Counted from the stretch's first letter, positions 9,690 to 19,076 are shown. The stretch: DNA of 64,000 nt from Gemmatimonadaceae bacterium (GCA_045803545.1 JBJMOW010000004.1:800001-864000), one strand, 5' to 3'. Numbers and translations are program-made. Notes: generated from the sequence alone by a model not told the origin.

Positions 9690-10017
9690 CGACCGCCAAA
9701 CGGAGACGCCGACCCATGTCAGGATGACTGCGGGAAGCCACCAATTCTCGAGGATGTGCTTGATCGCTCAGATGCTCCGGTTAAACCACTAATTGGCTTG
9801 GACTAACGGCCAGGAAGCCACGGCCACTGACGGTGAATGACGTTCGGTGACGGCTGAAGGCGCCCGATAGTCACGGTGCGGGAGGAGCGTTGAATGACAT
9901 CGCCATATCGAGCCCTGGACGAAGTCAAAATCATCGACACGCTCCACTGTATAAGGCGAGGCCGCGCGCGTGGCATACCGGCTGCACGTCTCCAGGAGAT
10001 CATAACAGGGGATTAAC

Positions 10018-10221
10018 ATGCCGAGCCGCAATGTGGGATCCAAACGCAACAGATCAAACGACCAGGAAGTTCCCGCCGAACTTGCCAAGCGAGAGGCGCA
10101 AGACCGCACGTCGAGCAATTCAGGATCGGGACGCGCCAAAAGCCCGGTTGACTCAATGCATGTCGACGCGCCATCGCGGCAGAAGAACGCGCGCGGCCAC
10201 CAGCAGAAACGGACAAGCTAG
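10018..10221 (+). CDS. Small basic hydrophilic hypothetical protein
   Basis: 67-aa ORF with AGGGG RBS-like sequence before ATG, followed by a hairpin. Confidence 0.5.
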   Translation: MPSRNVGSKRNRSNDQEVPAELAKREAQDRTSSNSGSGRAKSPVDSMHVDAPSRQKNARGHQQKRTS

Positions 10222-10235
10222 CTCGACGTTGAGCC

Positions 10236-10258
10236 TCGACGCGCAATTCGCGCGTCGA
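10236..10258. terminator. Hairpin between convergent genes
   Basis: TCGACGCGC-AATTC-GCGCGTCGA, perfect 9-bp stem; no long U tract. Confidence 0.45.
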
Positions 10259-10271
10259 TTCAGGCGGATTG

Positions 10272-10961
10272 CTACTTCTTACTCAGGTAGTGCTCTTCCA
10301 GAAATTGCGACCGGAAATTCTGCGGGGGAACCGGAATGTCTGGCCGGCCTTCGGGCGTGAAGTCCATCAAATTCCAGTACGGCCACACGGTGTCGACGTG
10401 ATTCGATGGCAGTTCAGTGGTCCAGAAATGAAAAATCTTTCCCTTCTGTTTCCGGAATACATGCATCACCGGTAATTGCATGTCATCAGTGTCTCCCTGG
10501 CATTTATAGTCGGCCTGGAAAGGAGAGCTGAATCCGGAAAGCAGTGCGATCTGCGACCATCCACGTTGCTTTGCCCACGCATTAATTCGCTCGGGCGGAG
10601 CCTTGGCGACTGCAACAAAGGCGGCGTCGCGGGTGACCTGATACCAGCTGCGATCAAAGCCATCAACCAATGACGTGCAGGACGGGCAGGGATTGTCCCA
10701 GTTCGGACCGAACATGAACGAGTAGAGCAGAAGCGTTTCTTTGTCGCCAAACAGCTCCGAGAACTTCACACTCTTGCCGACCTTGCCATCGTTCGCCCAC
10801 TGGAAAGTGTAGTCTTGCTTCAATTCTCCGCCGGGAGGAAGCTTGCGCCGTTTTGCGGCAACGGCCTTCACTTTGTCGACAAGCTCCTGCTCGTCTTTGA
10901 GCAGCGAATCACGCGCATCGCGGTACGCCTTGCTTTCATTCGGATATCGCAGGTCGCTCAT
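10272..10961 (-). CDS. DUF899 family thioredoxin-like protein
   Basis: Y..AR..LL..E..L, RRxLP.G, FMF.P..CPSC, W..xD.TPEGR motifs. Confidence 0.9.
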   Translation of the reverse strand: MSDLRYPNESKAYRDARDSLLKDEQELVDKVKAVAAKRRKLPPGGELKQDYTFQWANDGKVGKSVKFSELFGDKETLLLYSFMFGPNWDNPCPSCTSLVDGFDRSWYQVTRDAAFVAVAKAPPERINAWAKQRGWSQIALLSGFSSPFQADYKCQGDTDDMQLPVMHVFRKQKGKIFHFWTTELPSNHVDTVWPYWNLMDFTPEGRPDIPVPPQNFRSQFLEEHYLSKK

Positions 10962-11107
10962 GCTCATTCCTCTTTTAGTACGCTGATCCCTCATTCTAAC
11001 GCCTGCCTGCGAGGGACAATATCACCGCGAGCGGTTACGATCGCCGCGGCAAGAACGACATATTTTAGCGAGCAATCCGTGGGCTTACGTCAAACGAGGA
11101 TCAGTCG

Positions 11108-11545
11108 ATGAAACTCTTTCGCGCTCCGTCCCCCAGTCACGTGAGCTTCGGTCTCGCAGTGCTCAGAATCGCCACCGGGGCGGTGTTTCTCGACCACGGC
11201 TATCAGAAGCTGTTCAAGATGGGCATCGGTGGGGTCACGGGTTTCTTTACCCAGATCAATGTGCCGTTACCCGGCGTGATGGCAACGCTGATCACTTTGC
11301 TCGAAGTTTTCGGCGCCGTTGCCATAATCGTCGGTTTCCTGACGCGACCGCTCGCGCTGGCGTTCGCGCTCGACATGCTCGGCGCCATTCTGCTGGTGCA
11401 GCTGAAGAACGGGTTCTCGAAGTACGAGCTCGAATTCCTGCTGTTCGCCGCGAGTGTCGCGCTTTTCCTTACGGGCGCAGGCAGGTACTCAGTTGATGCG
11501 ATGATCGCCGGTCGGGCCGAGCCGGTGGAACCGCCGAGGATGTAG
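11108..11545 (+). CDS. DoxX family membrane protein
   Basis: LRI..G..F..HG.QKL, E..G...I.G.LTR, GAG.YS.D. Confidence 0.9.
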   Translation: MKLFRAPSPSHVSFGLAVLRIATGAVFLDHGYQKLFKMGIGGVTGFFTQINVPLPGVMATLITLLEVFGAVAIIVGFLTRPLALAFALDMLGAILLVQLKNGFSKYELEFLLFAASVALFLTGAGRYSVDAMIAGRAEPVEPPRM

Positions 11546-11569
11546 TAATGAGTGATGGCCACGTCGAGA

Positions 11570-12532
11570 TCACGCCGGCATCATTTCGCGGATGCGAGCC
11601 GGCTCTTCGCCGAGCCAGTCGGGATGCGTTGCGGTCGAATCGAAGATCGAGCTGGTCTTGAACAGCTCGAACTCACCATCGACGGCAGCTTTCCTCGTCT
11701 TTGCGAGCAGAGCGCGCCGTTTCGCGACGCTCAGTGGACGGAACCTGTGAACAGCAGTAAGCGCTTGCTCCAAAATCTCCATGCTGTCGCACCCGGTGAT
11801 GACCACTGACGTTGGCAGGCTCAGCGCGTAGTGCAGACACTCGATCGGCGTAACCGTACGTGATTTCAGAATGATCCCATTGGCCATGCTCTTCATGCCG
11901 AGCACGCCAATTTTCTGTTTTACCAGCTGGGGCAGCACCAACTTCTCGAAGCTGCGGTAGTGCGCGTCCATCACATTGAGTGGCATCTGCACGGCGTCGA
12001 ATGAGAATCCGTTCTCTTTCGCCACCTCGAGCATGTGCAGGTGGATGTGCGGATCCTTGTGCCCGGTGAACCCGATGTAGCGGATCTTTCCCGCCTTGCG
12101 TGCCTCGATGAGCGCCGCGTTCGCGCCTTCGGGATCCATGATGCGGTGCGGATCATCGAACCGGATTACCTCGTGATGCTGGACGAGGTCGATGCGGTCG
12201 GTCTGAAGCCGGCGCAGCGACTCGTCGAGCTGACGCGTCGCTTCTTTCTTCGACCGACCATCGATCTTCGTCATCAGGAACACCTTGTCGCGGTAGCCGT
12301 CGCGAAGCGCCTTCCCGGCGCGGCTCTCGCTCGCGCCGGCGTTGTAGTCCCATGAATTGTCGAGGAAGTTGATCCCGTGATCGATGGCGCTGCGCACGAT
12401 GCGGAGCGCGAGCTGCTCGCCTACCGCAGGCAAGCCAAGATGCCAGCCGCCGAGTCCAATGGGCGATACCCGTTCCTTCGTTTTGCCGAGAACGCGGTAT
12501 TGCGAGGTCGCAATCGCTTCGCTTTCAGCCAC
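11570..12532 (-). CDS. Aldo/keto reductase
   Basis: IGLGG, GINFLDNSWDY, TK, SL.RLQTD.IDL, GKIRYIG. Confidence 0.92.
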   Translation of the reverse strand: MAESEAIATSQYRVLGKTKERVSPIGLGGWHLGLPAVGEQLALRIVRSAIDHGINFLDNSWDYNAGASESRAGKALRDGYRDKVFLMTKIDGRSKKEATRQLDESLRRLQTDRIDLVQHHEVIRFDDPHRIMDPEGANAALIEARKAGKIRYIGFTGHKDPHIHLHMLEVAKENGFSFDAVQMPLNVMDAHYRSFEKLVLPQLVKQKIGVLGMKSMANGIILKSRTVTPIECLHYALSLPTSVVITGCDSMEILEQALTAVHRFRPLSVAKRRALLAKTRKAAVDGEFELFKTSSIFDSTATHPDWLGEEPARIREMMPA

Positions 12533-12554
12533 GGTGCACCTCCGGCGGTGTTAG

Positions 12555-14303
12555 CTAACGAGTCAGCTCGAGTGGCATCGCGAACTGGAATGCGCTTCCT
12601 TCGCCCACCGTCGAATCTACCCACAGTCGCCCACCGTGCGCCTCGGCGATTCCTTTGGCGATGGCGAGGCCCAGGCCGAGACCGCGACGGTCGTCGCCGC
12701 GTGCTTGCCAGAATCGATCGAACAACCGCGATCGCTGCTCCTCGGCGATGCCAGGTCCCGTGTCAGCAACTGATGCATGCCACTCACCATCGTCGACGTA
12801 AGCATCAATACTCACGCGTCCACCGCTCGGCGTGAATTTGAGCGCATTGCCGACCAGGTTGTCGAGCAGCTGCAGTACGCGCTCCTCATCGGCTTGAACC
12901 AGAGTGCCGTCGGGCGCGGGCGTGAGGGCGAGTGTGATGCCCTGGTCCGACGCGCGTGCTTCGAAGGCGTCGAATGTGTCCTTCAGCATGCGATTGACAT
13001 CGATACGGCGGATGTTGAGCGACAGGTGTCCCGTCTCGAGTCGAACGATATCGAGCAGGTCGCCGATGAGTCGATTCATTCGCTGCACCGCACGAGTGCT
13101 GATGGCGACTGAAGACTTCCGCCGCTCAGGAGTAAGATCGGGTTCAGCCAGCAGCTGCGTCGTCATGCTTACGAGGTTCAGCGGATTTCGTAAATCATGT
13201 GCAACCACGCCAAGCACCTGCTCGCGCGCATGTGACATGAGCTCGGCGGCTTGCCTGGCGGCACGCTCCTCGTCGTAGCTTCGCGCCCGCTGCAGAGCAT
13301 CGGCGGTCGCCTGAGCAAGCAGGCTGGTAAAGAGCTCGTCGGTGGCGTGGGTGTCCGGACAGAAAGTGAACTCGAATGCCACTCCACCCACCACTCTATC
13401 CGCGTGAATGAGCGGCAAGGCGAGATGCGCGCCCACGTAATCGGCATCCGTCAACGCTGCGCCGAGGCCGGCAAAGCATTCATCGTACTCCTTCACTGAG
13501 CGCAGCCATACCGAATGCCGGTCACGAATCGCCTGCAGAATCGGGAGGCTGTCGTCGCCGCTCGAATAGAGCTGCATCAACTCCTTGTCGTCGGGTCGGC
13601 CGACGGCACCGATCACTTGCGTCACGCGTCCGTCCTCGACCAGAACGAGGTGGCCGCGCGTGGCCTGGACGGTGTGCAGTCCACGCGTCAATAGCGCCGT
13701 CGCGATGTCGGCCGTCGTGCTTGCCATCGACATCGCCGCCGTCACCTCCTGAAGTGCGTTGGCTCGCGCCACCGTTCTCTCGGCGTCCTTCAGGGCGTCC
13801 TCGAGCGCCTCATTTGCCGAGGTGAGATTCTCAGAGAGAGCTCGCACTTCTTCCATTTGCTGGGCGAGGTCAGCGTTGAGACGATTGAGCTTGAGGACGT
13901 GAGTTTCCGCCACCGCGCGAGCGCGTCGCAACATTTCGGTCGCCGCACTGACGAGTGCGACAACGATCGAGAAAAACACCACGTGCGGAACGTCCTTGAA
14001 TACCCGCACGAAGACTGACTTGTCCGACGTCGGGATCAGGAATGCGAAGAGAAGGGCGATGACGCCGAGCGAAATCGCCAGCGCCCGTAACGCACCGAGT
14101 CGCCAGATATTGGTAGCGACCGCTGTGAGTAGAAGCAGGTAGGCGATGGTCGGCCAGGCAACAGCGGCGTAGCACGCCAGCGCGGTGATGCCGATCGCGA
14201 CAATGTCGCCGCGAAGGCCGGTGTCGGCATTACGCCGCAGGTACTGGCCAACGCCGGGCAGATTGCTGATGTCCTGATAGAAACGGGTGTTAAGTCTCGT
14301 CAT
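12555..14303 (-). CDS. Membrane sensor histidine kinase (TM region, coiled coil, GAF, HisKA, HATPase)
   Basis: AHDLRNPL H-box, NLVGNALKF N-box, DTGPGI, GLGLGLAI G-boxes. Confidence 0.92.
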   Translation of the reverse strand: MTRLNTRFYQDISNLPGVGQYLRRNADTGLRGDIVAIGITALACYAAVAWPTIAYLLLLTAVATNIWRLGALRALAISLGVIALLFAFLIPTSDKSVFVRVFKDVPHVVFFSIVVALVSAATEMLRRARAVAETHVLKLNRLNADLAQQMEEVRALSENLTSANEALEDALKDAERTVARANALQEVTAAMSMASTTADIATALLTRGLHTVQATRGHLVLVEDGRVTQVIGAVGRPDDKELMQLYSSGDDSLPILQAIRDRHSVWLRSVKEYDECFAGLGAALTDADYVGAHLALPLIHADRVVGGVAFEFTFCPDTHATDELFTSLLAQATADALQRARSYDEERAARQAAELMSHAREQVLGVVAHDLRNPLNLVSMTTQLLAEPDLTPERRKSSVAISTRAVQRMNRLIGDLLDIVRLETGHLSLNIRRIDVNRMLKDTFDAFEARASDQGITLALTPAPDGTLVQADEERVLQLLDNLVGNALKFTPSGGRVSIDAYVDDGEWHASVADTGPGIAEEQRSRLFDRFWQARGDDRRGLGLGLAIAKGIAEAHGGRLWVDSTVGEGSAFQFAMPLELTR

Positions 14304-14677
14304 TCACGTGCCTTCGGTCGGTCGAGCCAACGCTCGGCGTCGACATCGTTGTAGAATGGCTTGATCTCGCAGACGTCCTCGACGAGGATCTCGACCATAC
14401 GCACCATTCCAAATTGAAAGTCGTTCTCAACGAGGACTGCAGTGGGGCCGAGCCGCGTTCTTTCCCCGAGCCAGCGCAGTAGTGCAACCAGCACCCTGAC
14501 GTCGGCGGGTGAGAAATCCGGATGGGCGCGGCGGGCATCGATCACCTCGGAGTAGGCGAGACCGGGCTCCTGGCGTTCCTCTTCGAGGTGATCGCGAATC
14601 TCCTCGATGGTGACGCGGCCTTCCGCGCGCGCGATAACTCGTCGGTGCGGGTGATCATAGGTAGCCGTGATTGGCAT
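14300..14677 (-). CDS. SpoIIAA/STAS-SEC14-like small protein
   Basis: About 125 aa with G.VT, xxD.R, A.LV....FGM.RM, F.....A..WL pattern; AGGAG RBS before ATG 14677; ATGA overlap with the kinase. Confidence 0.65.
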   Translation of the reverse strand: MPITATYDHPHRRVIARAEGRVTIEEIRDHLEEERQEPGLAYSEVIDARRAHPDFSPADVRVLVALLRWLGERTRLGPTAVLVENDFQFGMVRMVEILVEDVCEIKPFYNDVDAERWLDRPKARE

Positions 14678-14769
14678 ATCCGCTCCTGTCGAACGACCTG
14701 GGACGCCGAAGCGCTGCAACACTGCCAGCAAGTTACCGGATCGTGACGGCGCCGATGCGCCGTGGCCAG

Positions 14770-15840
14770 TTATCCGAATGTGAAATCATACGCTTCTACT
14801 CCCGCGTCGCCGAACTGGATCTCGAACGTGCGATCGGTGACGCGATCCCGCAGCCGCACCAGCTGATAGCAGCGCTGATGCGTCACGGAACCGTTGCCCT
14901 CCGCATCGGTGTCATCGCCGTGTGAAGCGCCTGGCGGCTTGCCATCAACCTTCACCGTGAACCGCACGGATTGTCCTTTCGACGGCGGACTCATTATCAG
15001 ATTCACATCTCGTCCGTGGAACCGATAGACGATGCTGCCGTTCGGCTCGTTTAGAACCACCGGTCTGTCTTTGATCGTCCAGTTGCCGTTGAGCGCCCAC
15101 TGATTGAGCGACAATCTCGACGGAACGGTATACAGGTGCGGCAGATCCTCGCGCGTATCGCCGGTGAATCCTTCGGCCTGGCGATATCCGAGATAGTTCT
15201 CCTGTGATCGTAGCGTACCGTAATCCGCGGCGACCTCGAGCCCGCGCGGATCTACTTTCACGAGCTGCCCATCAGTCTTCTTCCCGGCTTCGTTGAGCAA
15301 GCGCTGAACGGTCCGCTCGATACCGTCGTAATTGCCTTCGCCGTAATGATGAAAGCGCAGCGTGCCGTTGGCATCGGCGATGTACGCCGCCGGCCAGTAG
15401 TTGTTATCGAAGGCGTGCCAGATTCCGTAATCACTGTCCACAGCGATCGGATAGTTGACGTTCATCGCCTTCGCCGCCCAGCGGATGTTCTCTATGTCTT
15501 TCTCGAACGCAAACTCTGGCGTGTGCGCGCCGATCACCACCAACCCCTGATCCTTATACTTCTCCGCCCACGCACGCACGTAGGGAAGGGTGCGAGTCCA
15601 GTTGACGCATGTGTACGTCCAGAAATCGACTAGCACTACCTTTCCGCGCAGTCCTTCCGGCGTCAGCGGTGGCGAGTTGATCCATTCCGTCGCTCCGCTC
15701 AGCGACGGCAGGGTACCTTCATTGACTAGCGCTGCACAGGCCATCTGTTGAATCGCTGCTCCGATTGCGCCAAGCCTCGCCGCGCCGAGCGCGGCCGCTG
15801 CGGCCCCGATGAAGCTGCGGCGGTCACAAGCTGTCGACAT
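14770..15840 (-). CDS. Tat-exported DipZ-like redoxin (thioredoxin fold plus DipZ C-terminal beta domain), CxxW active site
   Basis: RRSFI Tat motif; WINS.PL, VVLVDFWTYTCVNW, HTPEF.FE, N.YWPA, GEG.Y, C-terminal FTFG. Confidence 0.88.
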   Translation of the reverse strand: MSTACDRRSFIGAAAAALGAARLGAIGAAIQQMACAALVNEGTLPSLSGATEWINSPPLTPEGLRGKVVLVDFWTYTCVNWTRTLPYVRAWAEKYKDQGLVVIGAHTPEFAFEKDIENIRWAAKAMNVNYPIAVDSDYGIWHAFDNNYWPAAYIADANGTLRFHHYGEGNYDGIERTVQRLLNEAGKKTDGQLVKVDPRGLEVAADYGTLRSQENYLGYRQAEGFTGDTREDLPHLYTVPSRLSLNQWALNGNWTIKDRPVVLNEPNGSIVYRFHGRDVNLIMSPPSKGQSVRFTVKVDGKPPGASHGDDTDAEGNGSVTHQRCYQLVRLRDRVTDRTFEIQFGDAGVEAYDFTFG

Positions 15841-16870
15841 CGACGATCGCCCGGGCAAATGACTGCGGATCCTCCTGCGGAACGTTGTGACCGATGCCGT
15901 TCAAAACGCGGTGCTCGTACTTGCCGGTGAATCTGTCTGCGTACGCCTTGCCGTCGCCGGCAGCTCCATCGAAATCGCTGCCAATGGTGATCGATGGCAC
16001 TGTGATTCTCGGCCGTTCGAAAAGTCTGCGCTCGAGATCGGCGTACTTCGCTTCGCCATCGGCAACGCTCAGGCGCCAACGATAGTTATGAATGACGATG
16101 CTGACGTGGTCGGGATTGCTGAACGATGCCGCACTGCGATCGTACGTCGCGTCATCGAAGTTCCATTTCGGTGACGCGAGCTGCCAGATCAGTTTGTTGA
16201 AGTCGTGGGTGTTCCTGGTGTAGCCGAGTACGCCGCGTTCGGTGGCGAAGTAGTACTGATACCACCAGCCCAGCTCGGCCTTCGGCGGTAGCGGCTGCAT
16301 GTTGGTCTGCAGGTTCACCATGATGTAGCCACTTACCGCGACGAGTCCTTTGACGCGATCCGGCCAGAGCGCTGCCATGATACCGGCAGTGCGCGAGCCC
16401 CAGTCAAACCCGCCGACGATTGCTTTCTGGATCTTGAGCGCGTCCATCAGCGCGATGGTATCGACCGCGATGACTGCCTGCTCGCCGTTGCGCAGCGTGT
16501 TATCCGACAGAAACCGAGTCGTACCGTAGCCGCGCAGGTAGGGCATAATAACTCTGTATCCCCGCGCGGCCAGAATCGGCGCGACGTTCTCGAAGGCGTG
16601 AATGTCATACGGCCAACCATGAAGCAGCACGACCGGCGTGCCATTCGACGGCCCGGCTTCGGCGTAGCCGACGTTCAGGACGCCGGCTTCGATCTGTTTG
16701 ATCGAATCGAATGACATGCGAGTCGGTGGTGCAACGGCGGTTCCGCTTTCAGGCATCAGCGCAGTGGTCGACATTTTCGAGAAACTCTTCGCACCGAATC
16801 GTGCTGCGCCCAGTGTAACCATCGCGCTCTGCAGAAAGCGGCGACGATCGCTGGGCTCTGGCTCGTTCAC
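15824..16870 (-). CDS. Tat-exported alpha/beta hydrolase (epoxide hydrolase-like)
   Basis: DRRRFL Tat motif; HGWP, GFDWG (Asp nucleophile), GHNVPQE; GTG at 16870 overlaps the upstream stop (GTGA). Confidence 0.9.
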   Translation of the reverse strand: MNEPEPSDRRRFLQSAMVTLGAARFGAKSFSKMSTTALMPESGTAVAPPTRMSFDSIKQIEAGVLNVGYAEAGPSNGTPVVLLHGWPYDIHAFENVAPILAARGYRVIMPYLRGYGTTRFLSDNTLRNGEQAVIAVDTIALMDALKIQKAIVGGFDWGSRTAGIMAALWPDRVKGLVAVSGYIMVNLQTNMQPLPPKAELGWWYQYYFATERGVLGYTRNTHDFNKLIWQLASPKWNFDDATYDRSAASFSNPDHVSIVIHNYRWRLSVADGEAKYADLERRLFERPRITVPSITIGSDFDGAAGDGKAYADRFTGKYEHRVLNGIGHNVPQEDPQSFARAIVDVDSL

Positions 16871-17580
16871 CAGCCGGCACGTGCAAGCGGTCGCGTGAGC
16901 AGCACTCGGCTCACCATCACGATCCAGGCGAGGAGGAGAATCGGCGACACGAACAGCGCGAAGGCGCCGGTCGGTGACCAGAAACCGTCGCTCATCCACG
17001 TGGTACCGCCGAGCACACCGAGCACGACCGCCACGACACCCGCGGTGAAGAGACCACTCGAGATCATTCCGGCGCGCCAGAGACCGAACACCCCCGACAT
17101 GATCAGCATCGCGCGCGGGAACGAGATCAACACCATCAGCACCCACGCAAAGTCGTTGAGTGCTGACGTCAGCGCGCCATTTCCCGAGCCGGCGATGGAA
17201 TAAGCGAGTGCTGCTCCGATTGCGATGATCAGGTAGTACAGTGCGCCGAACGCTGCGCTCGACACCGACGCTGCCGTAGCCCAACCCTCTTGACCGGCTT
17301 CGACCAGGGTGTTTCGCAGCGACGCAGCGAACCACAACAGGTTGAGCAGGTTCAGCCCGGCAAAAAAGGAAGCGATGAGAATCCGCGTGCGATGAGCGGC
17401 GTAGAATGCGGTCACCGTGTCGCCCGAAGCCCCGATGCGCGGCACGGCGCCATAAATAACAGCGACGATGATGGAAAAGCCGATGAATTGAAGTCCGGCC
17501 GTGCGCCACTGCTTATCCCACATCGCGCGCTGTAAAGTTGCGCTCGGTGATGATGCCATGGCTGTCGTTGATGCGGTCAT
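16867..17580 (-). CDS. Multi-pass membrane protein (DUF4386-like)
   Basis: About 6 TM helices; GAGGAG RBS; coupled to neighbours. Confidence 0.75.
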   Translation of the reverse strand: MTASTTAMASSPSATLQRAMWDKQWRTAGLQFIGFSIIVAVIYGAVPRIGASGDTVTAFYAAHRTRILIASFFAGLNLLNLLWFAASLRNTLVEAGQEGWATAASVSSAAFGALYYLIIAIGAALAYSIAGSGNGALTSALNDFAWVLMVLISFPRAMLIMSGVFGLWRAGMISSGLFTAGVVAVVLGVLGGTTWMSDGFWSPTGAFALFVSPILLLAWIVMVSRVLLTRPLARAGW

Positions 17581-17666
17581 CAGGATCTCCTCTCGGAATC
17601 GCCGGCGGCGAAGTGATCGCCATAGGGGGTGCCGGCAAATTTCTCCCCCAGGAGGCGTGAATTCAT
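17580..17666 (-). CDS. 28-aa mini-ORF MNSRLLGEKFAGTPYGDHFAAGDSERRS
   Basis: Strong GGAGAAGGAG RBS-like run just upstream; stop overlaps the next ATG (TGATG). Confidence 0.45.
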   Translation of the reverse strand: MNSRLLGEKFAGTPYGDHFAAGDSERRS

Positions 17667-17692
17667 GCTCCTTCTCCGGTCGGCGAGCGAGA

Positions 17693-18499
17693 TTATTTCG
17701 CAGTTGCCGTCGCAGCTTCCTCGATCAGTCGCGCCACGACTTTCGGATGCGATATGAACGCGACGTGACTGGCGTTGATCTCACTCGTGGTCGCTCCCAT
17801 CCGCTTGGCGTAGAAACGCTCGAGATCCGGATTCAACGCGTGATCCTGGCGTGACACCAGATACCACGACGGAATGGTCTTCCACGCCGGTGAATCGATC
17901 GTCGCGGCGAATACAGAATTGTGAACCGGCTTCTGCGTGGCGCAGACCACGCCTGCCGCACTTTCTGGCAGATCAGCGGCAAATATGTTGTGGACCTGGT
18001 CGCAGGCGATGTAGAGGAAGCCAGCGGCATCGGGCCGCAGCGCTTTGCCGAGCCCGGTCGGATACTTGTCCGTCAGCGGGCCGACCGGCTCGTTTGCTTC
18101 GGGCGCAAACGCAGCGAGGTAGACCAGCGCTTTCACGTTTGGATTACCGGCGGCAGCGCCGCTGATCACGAGGCCGCCGTACGAATGTCCAACCACTACC
18201 ACCGGTCCCTTTTGCGCATCGATGAGTCGTTTGGTGGTGGCGATGTCGTCAGGAGCTGACGAGAGAGGGTTCTGAACCGCGACTACGTGGTAGCCGTCGT
18301 TAATCAAGAGCGGTATCAGATATTGGAAGCTGCTCGCGTCGGCAAAGGCGCCGTGCACGAGCACGATTGTCGGCTTCGCCGCGGCGGCGCCGGCGGTTGT
18401 GCGGGAGCTTTTCGCCATCCCGGCGGTTTGAGCTCCAACACCGGCTCCGGCGATGAGCAAAAGGGCGAGCGAGATTGAGCCAACTGTCTTCGAAATCAT
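17693..18499 (-). CDS. Secreted alpha/beta hydrolase (Abhydrolase_6-type)
   Basis: Signal peptide; VLVHGAFAD, GHSYGG nucleophile, D..L.P, SH...ISHP. Confidence 0.9.
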   Translation of the reverse strand: MISKTVGSISLALLLIAGAGVGAQTAGMAKSSRTTAGAAAAKPTIVLVHGAFADASSFQYLIPLLINDGYHVVAVQNPLSSAPDDIATTKRLIDAQKGPVVVVGHSYGGLVISGAAAGNPNVKALVYLAAFAPEANEPVGPLTDKYPTGLGKALRPDAAGFLYIACDQVHNIFAADLPESAAGVVCATQKPVHNSVFAATIDSPAWKTIPSWYLVSRQDHALNPDLERFYAKRMGATTSEINASHVAFISHPKVVARLIEEAATATAK

Positions 18500-18601
18500 T
18501 GTCTTCTCCGCGTGAGGCATGCGAGCTCGAATCCGAGTACGCCCTGCCGAGGAAACTGCGAATCGCAGAGAAGACAAATGCAGCCGTCGCGCACCCTGCT
18601 C

Positions 18602-18647
18602 TATTGCACCATAGTATCGACAGGGTCGGACCGATACGAAGGTATCA
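18602..18647. promoter_or_regulatory. Bipartite operator copy 1: TATTGCAC-CATA-GTATCG-N12-CGATAC-GAAG-GTATCA
   Basis: Near-identical to 22912-22947; contains the palindrome GATAC-N4-GTATC; lies between the divergent hydrolase operon and RR genes. Confidence 0.7.
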
Positions 18648-18681
18648 TGAGGTCTTCAACGCTGGTGAGGTATCGTCACGT

Positions 18682-19053
18682 ATGCCTGCTCGACCACTCG
18701 TCTCGGTTGTCGACGACGACGAATCCGTGCGCGAGTCCCTCCCGGACCTGCTGCGCGAGCTCGGATTCGAAGCCCGGACGTTTTCTTCTGCCGAGGAGTT
18801 TCTCGATTCCGAGTCGATCGACCAGACTCAGTGTCTGCTTCTCGACATCGCGATGCCGGGGATGAGCGGGCCTGAGCTGCATCTGGAGCTGGTACGCCAG
18901 CAGCGGCTGATTCCGGTGGTGTTCATCACCGCAAATCCGGCGGAAAACATTCGTCCGCAATTGCTTCAGGCAGGCGCGGTGGACTACTTGACCAAGCCGT
19001 TCTCCGAGGCCGCGCTCTTCGATGCCGTGACGAGCGCGCTCGGCGAGGCCTGA
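18682..19053 (+). CDS. Single-domain response regulator (receiver only)
   Basis: VVDDD, LLDIAMPG, FITA, LTKPF. Confidence 0.92.
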   Translation: MPARPLVSVVDDDESVRESLPDLLRELGFEARTFSSAEEFLDSESIDQTQCLLLDIAMPGMSGPELHLELVRQQRLIPVVFITANPAENIRPQLLQAGAVDYLTKPFSEAALFDAVTSALGEA

Positions 19054-19076
19054 TAGTATCCTTCACGCGGGAGGAT

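Noticed and set aside
9789..10139. 116-aa minus-strand ORF
   Set aside because: No RBS or recognisable motif; overlaps a better-supported plus-strand small ORF
16871..17509. N-terminal 213 aa of the 561-aa ORF as a fusion domain
   Set aside because: Arg-rich off-frame read of the overlapping 6-TM gene; the real start is GTG 16870 with a Tat signal
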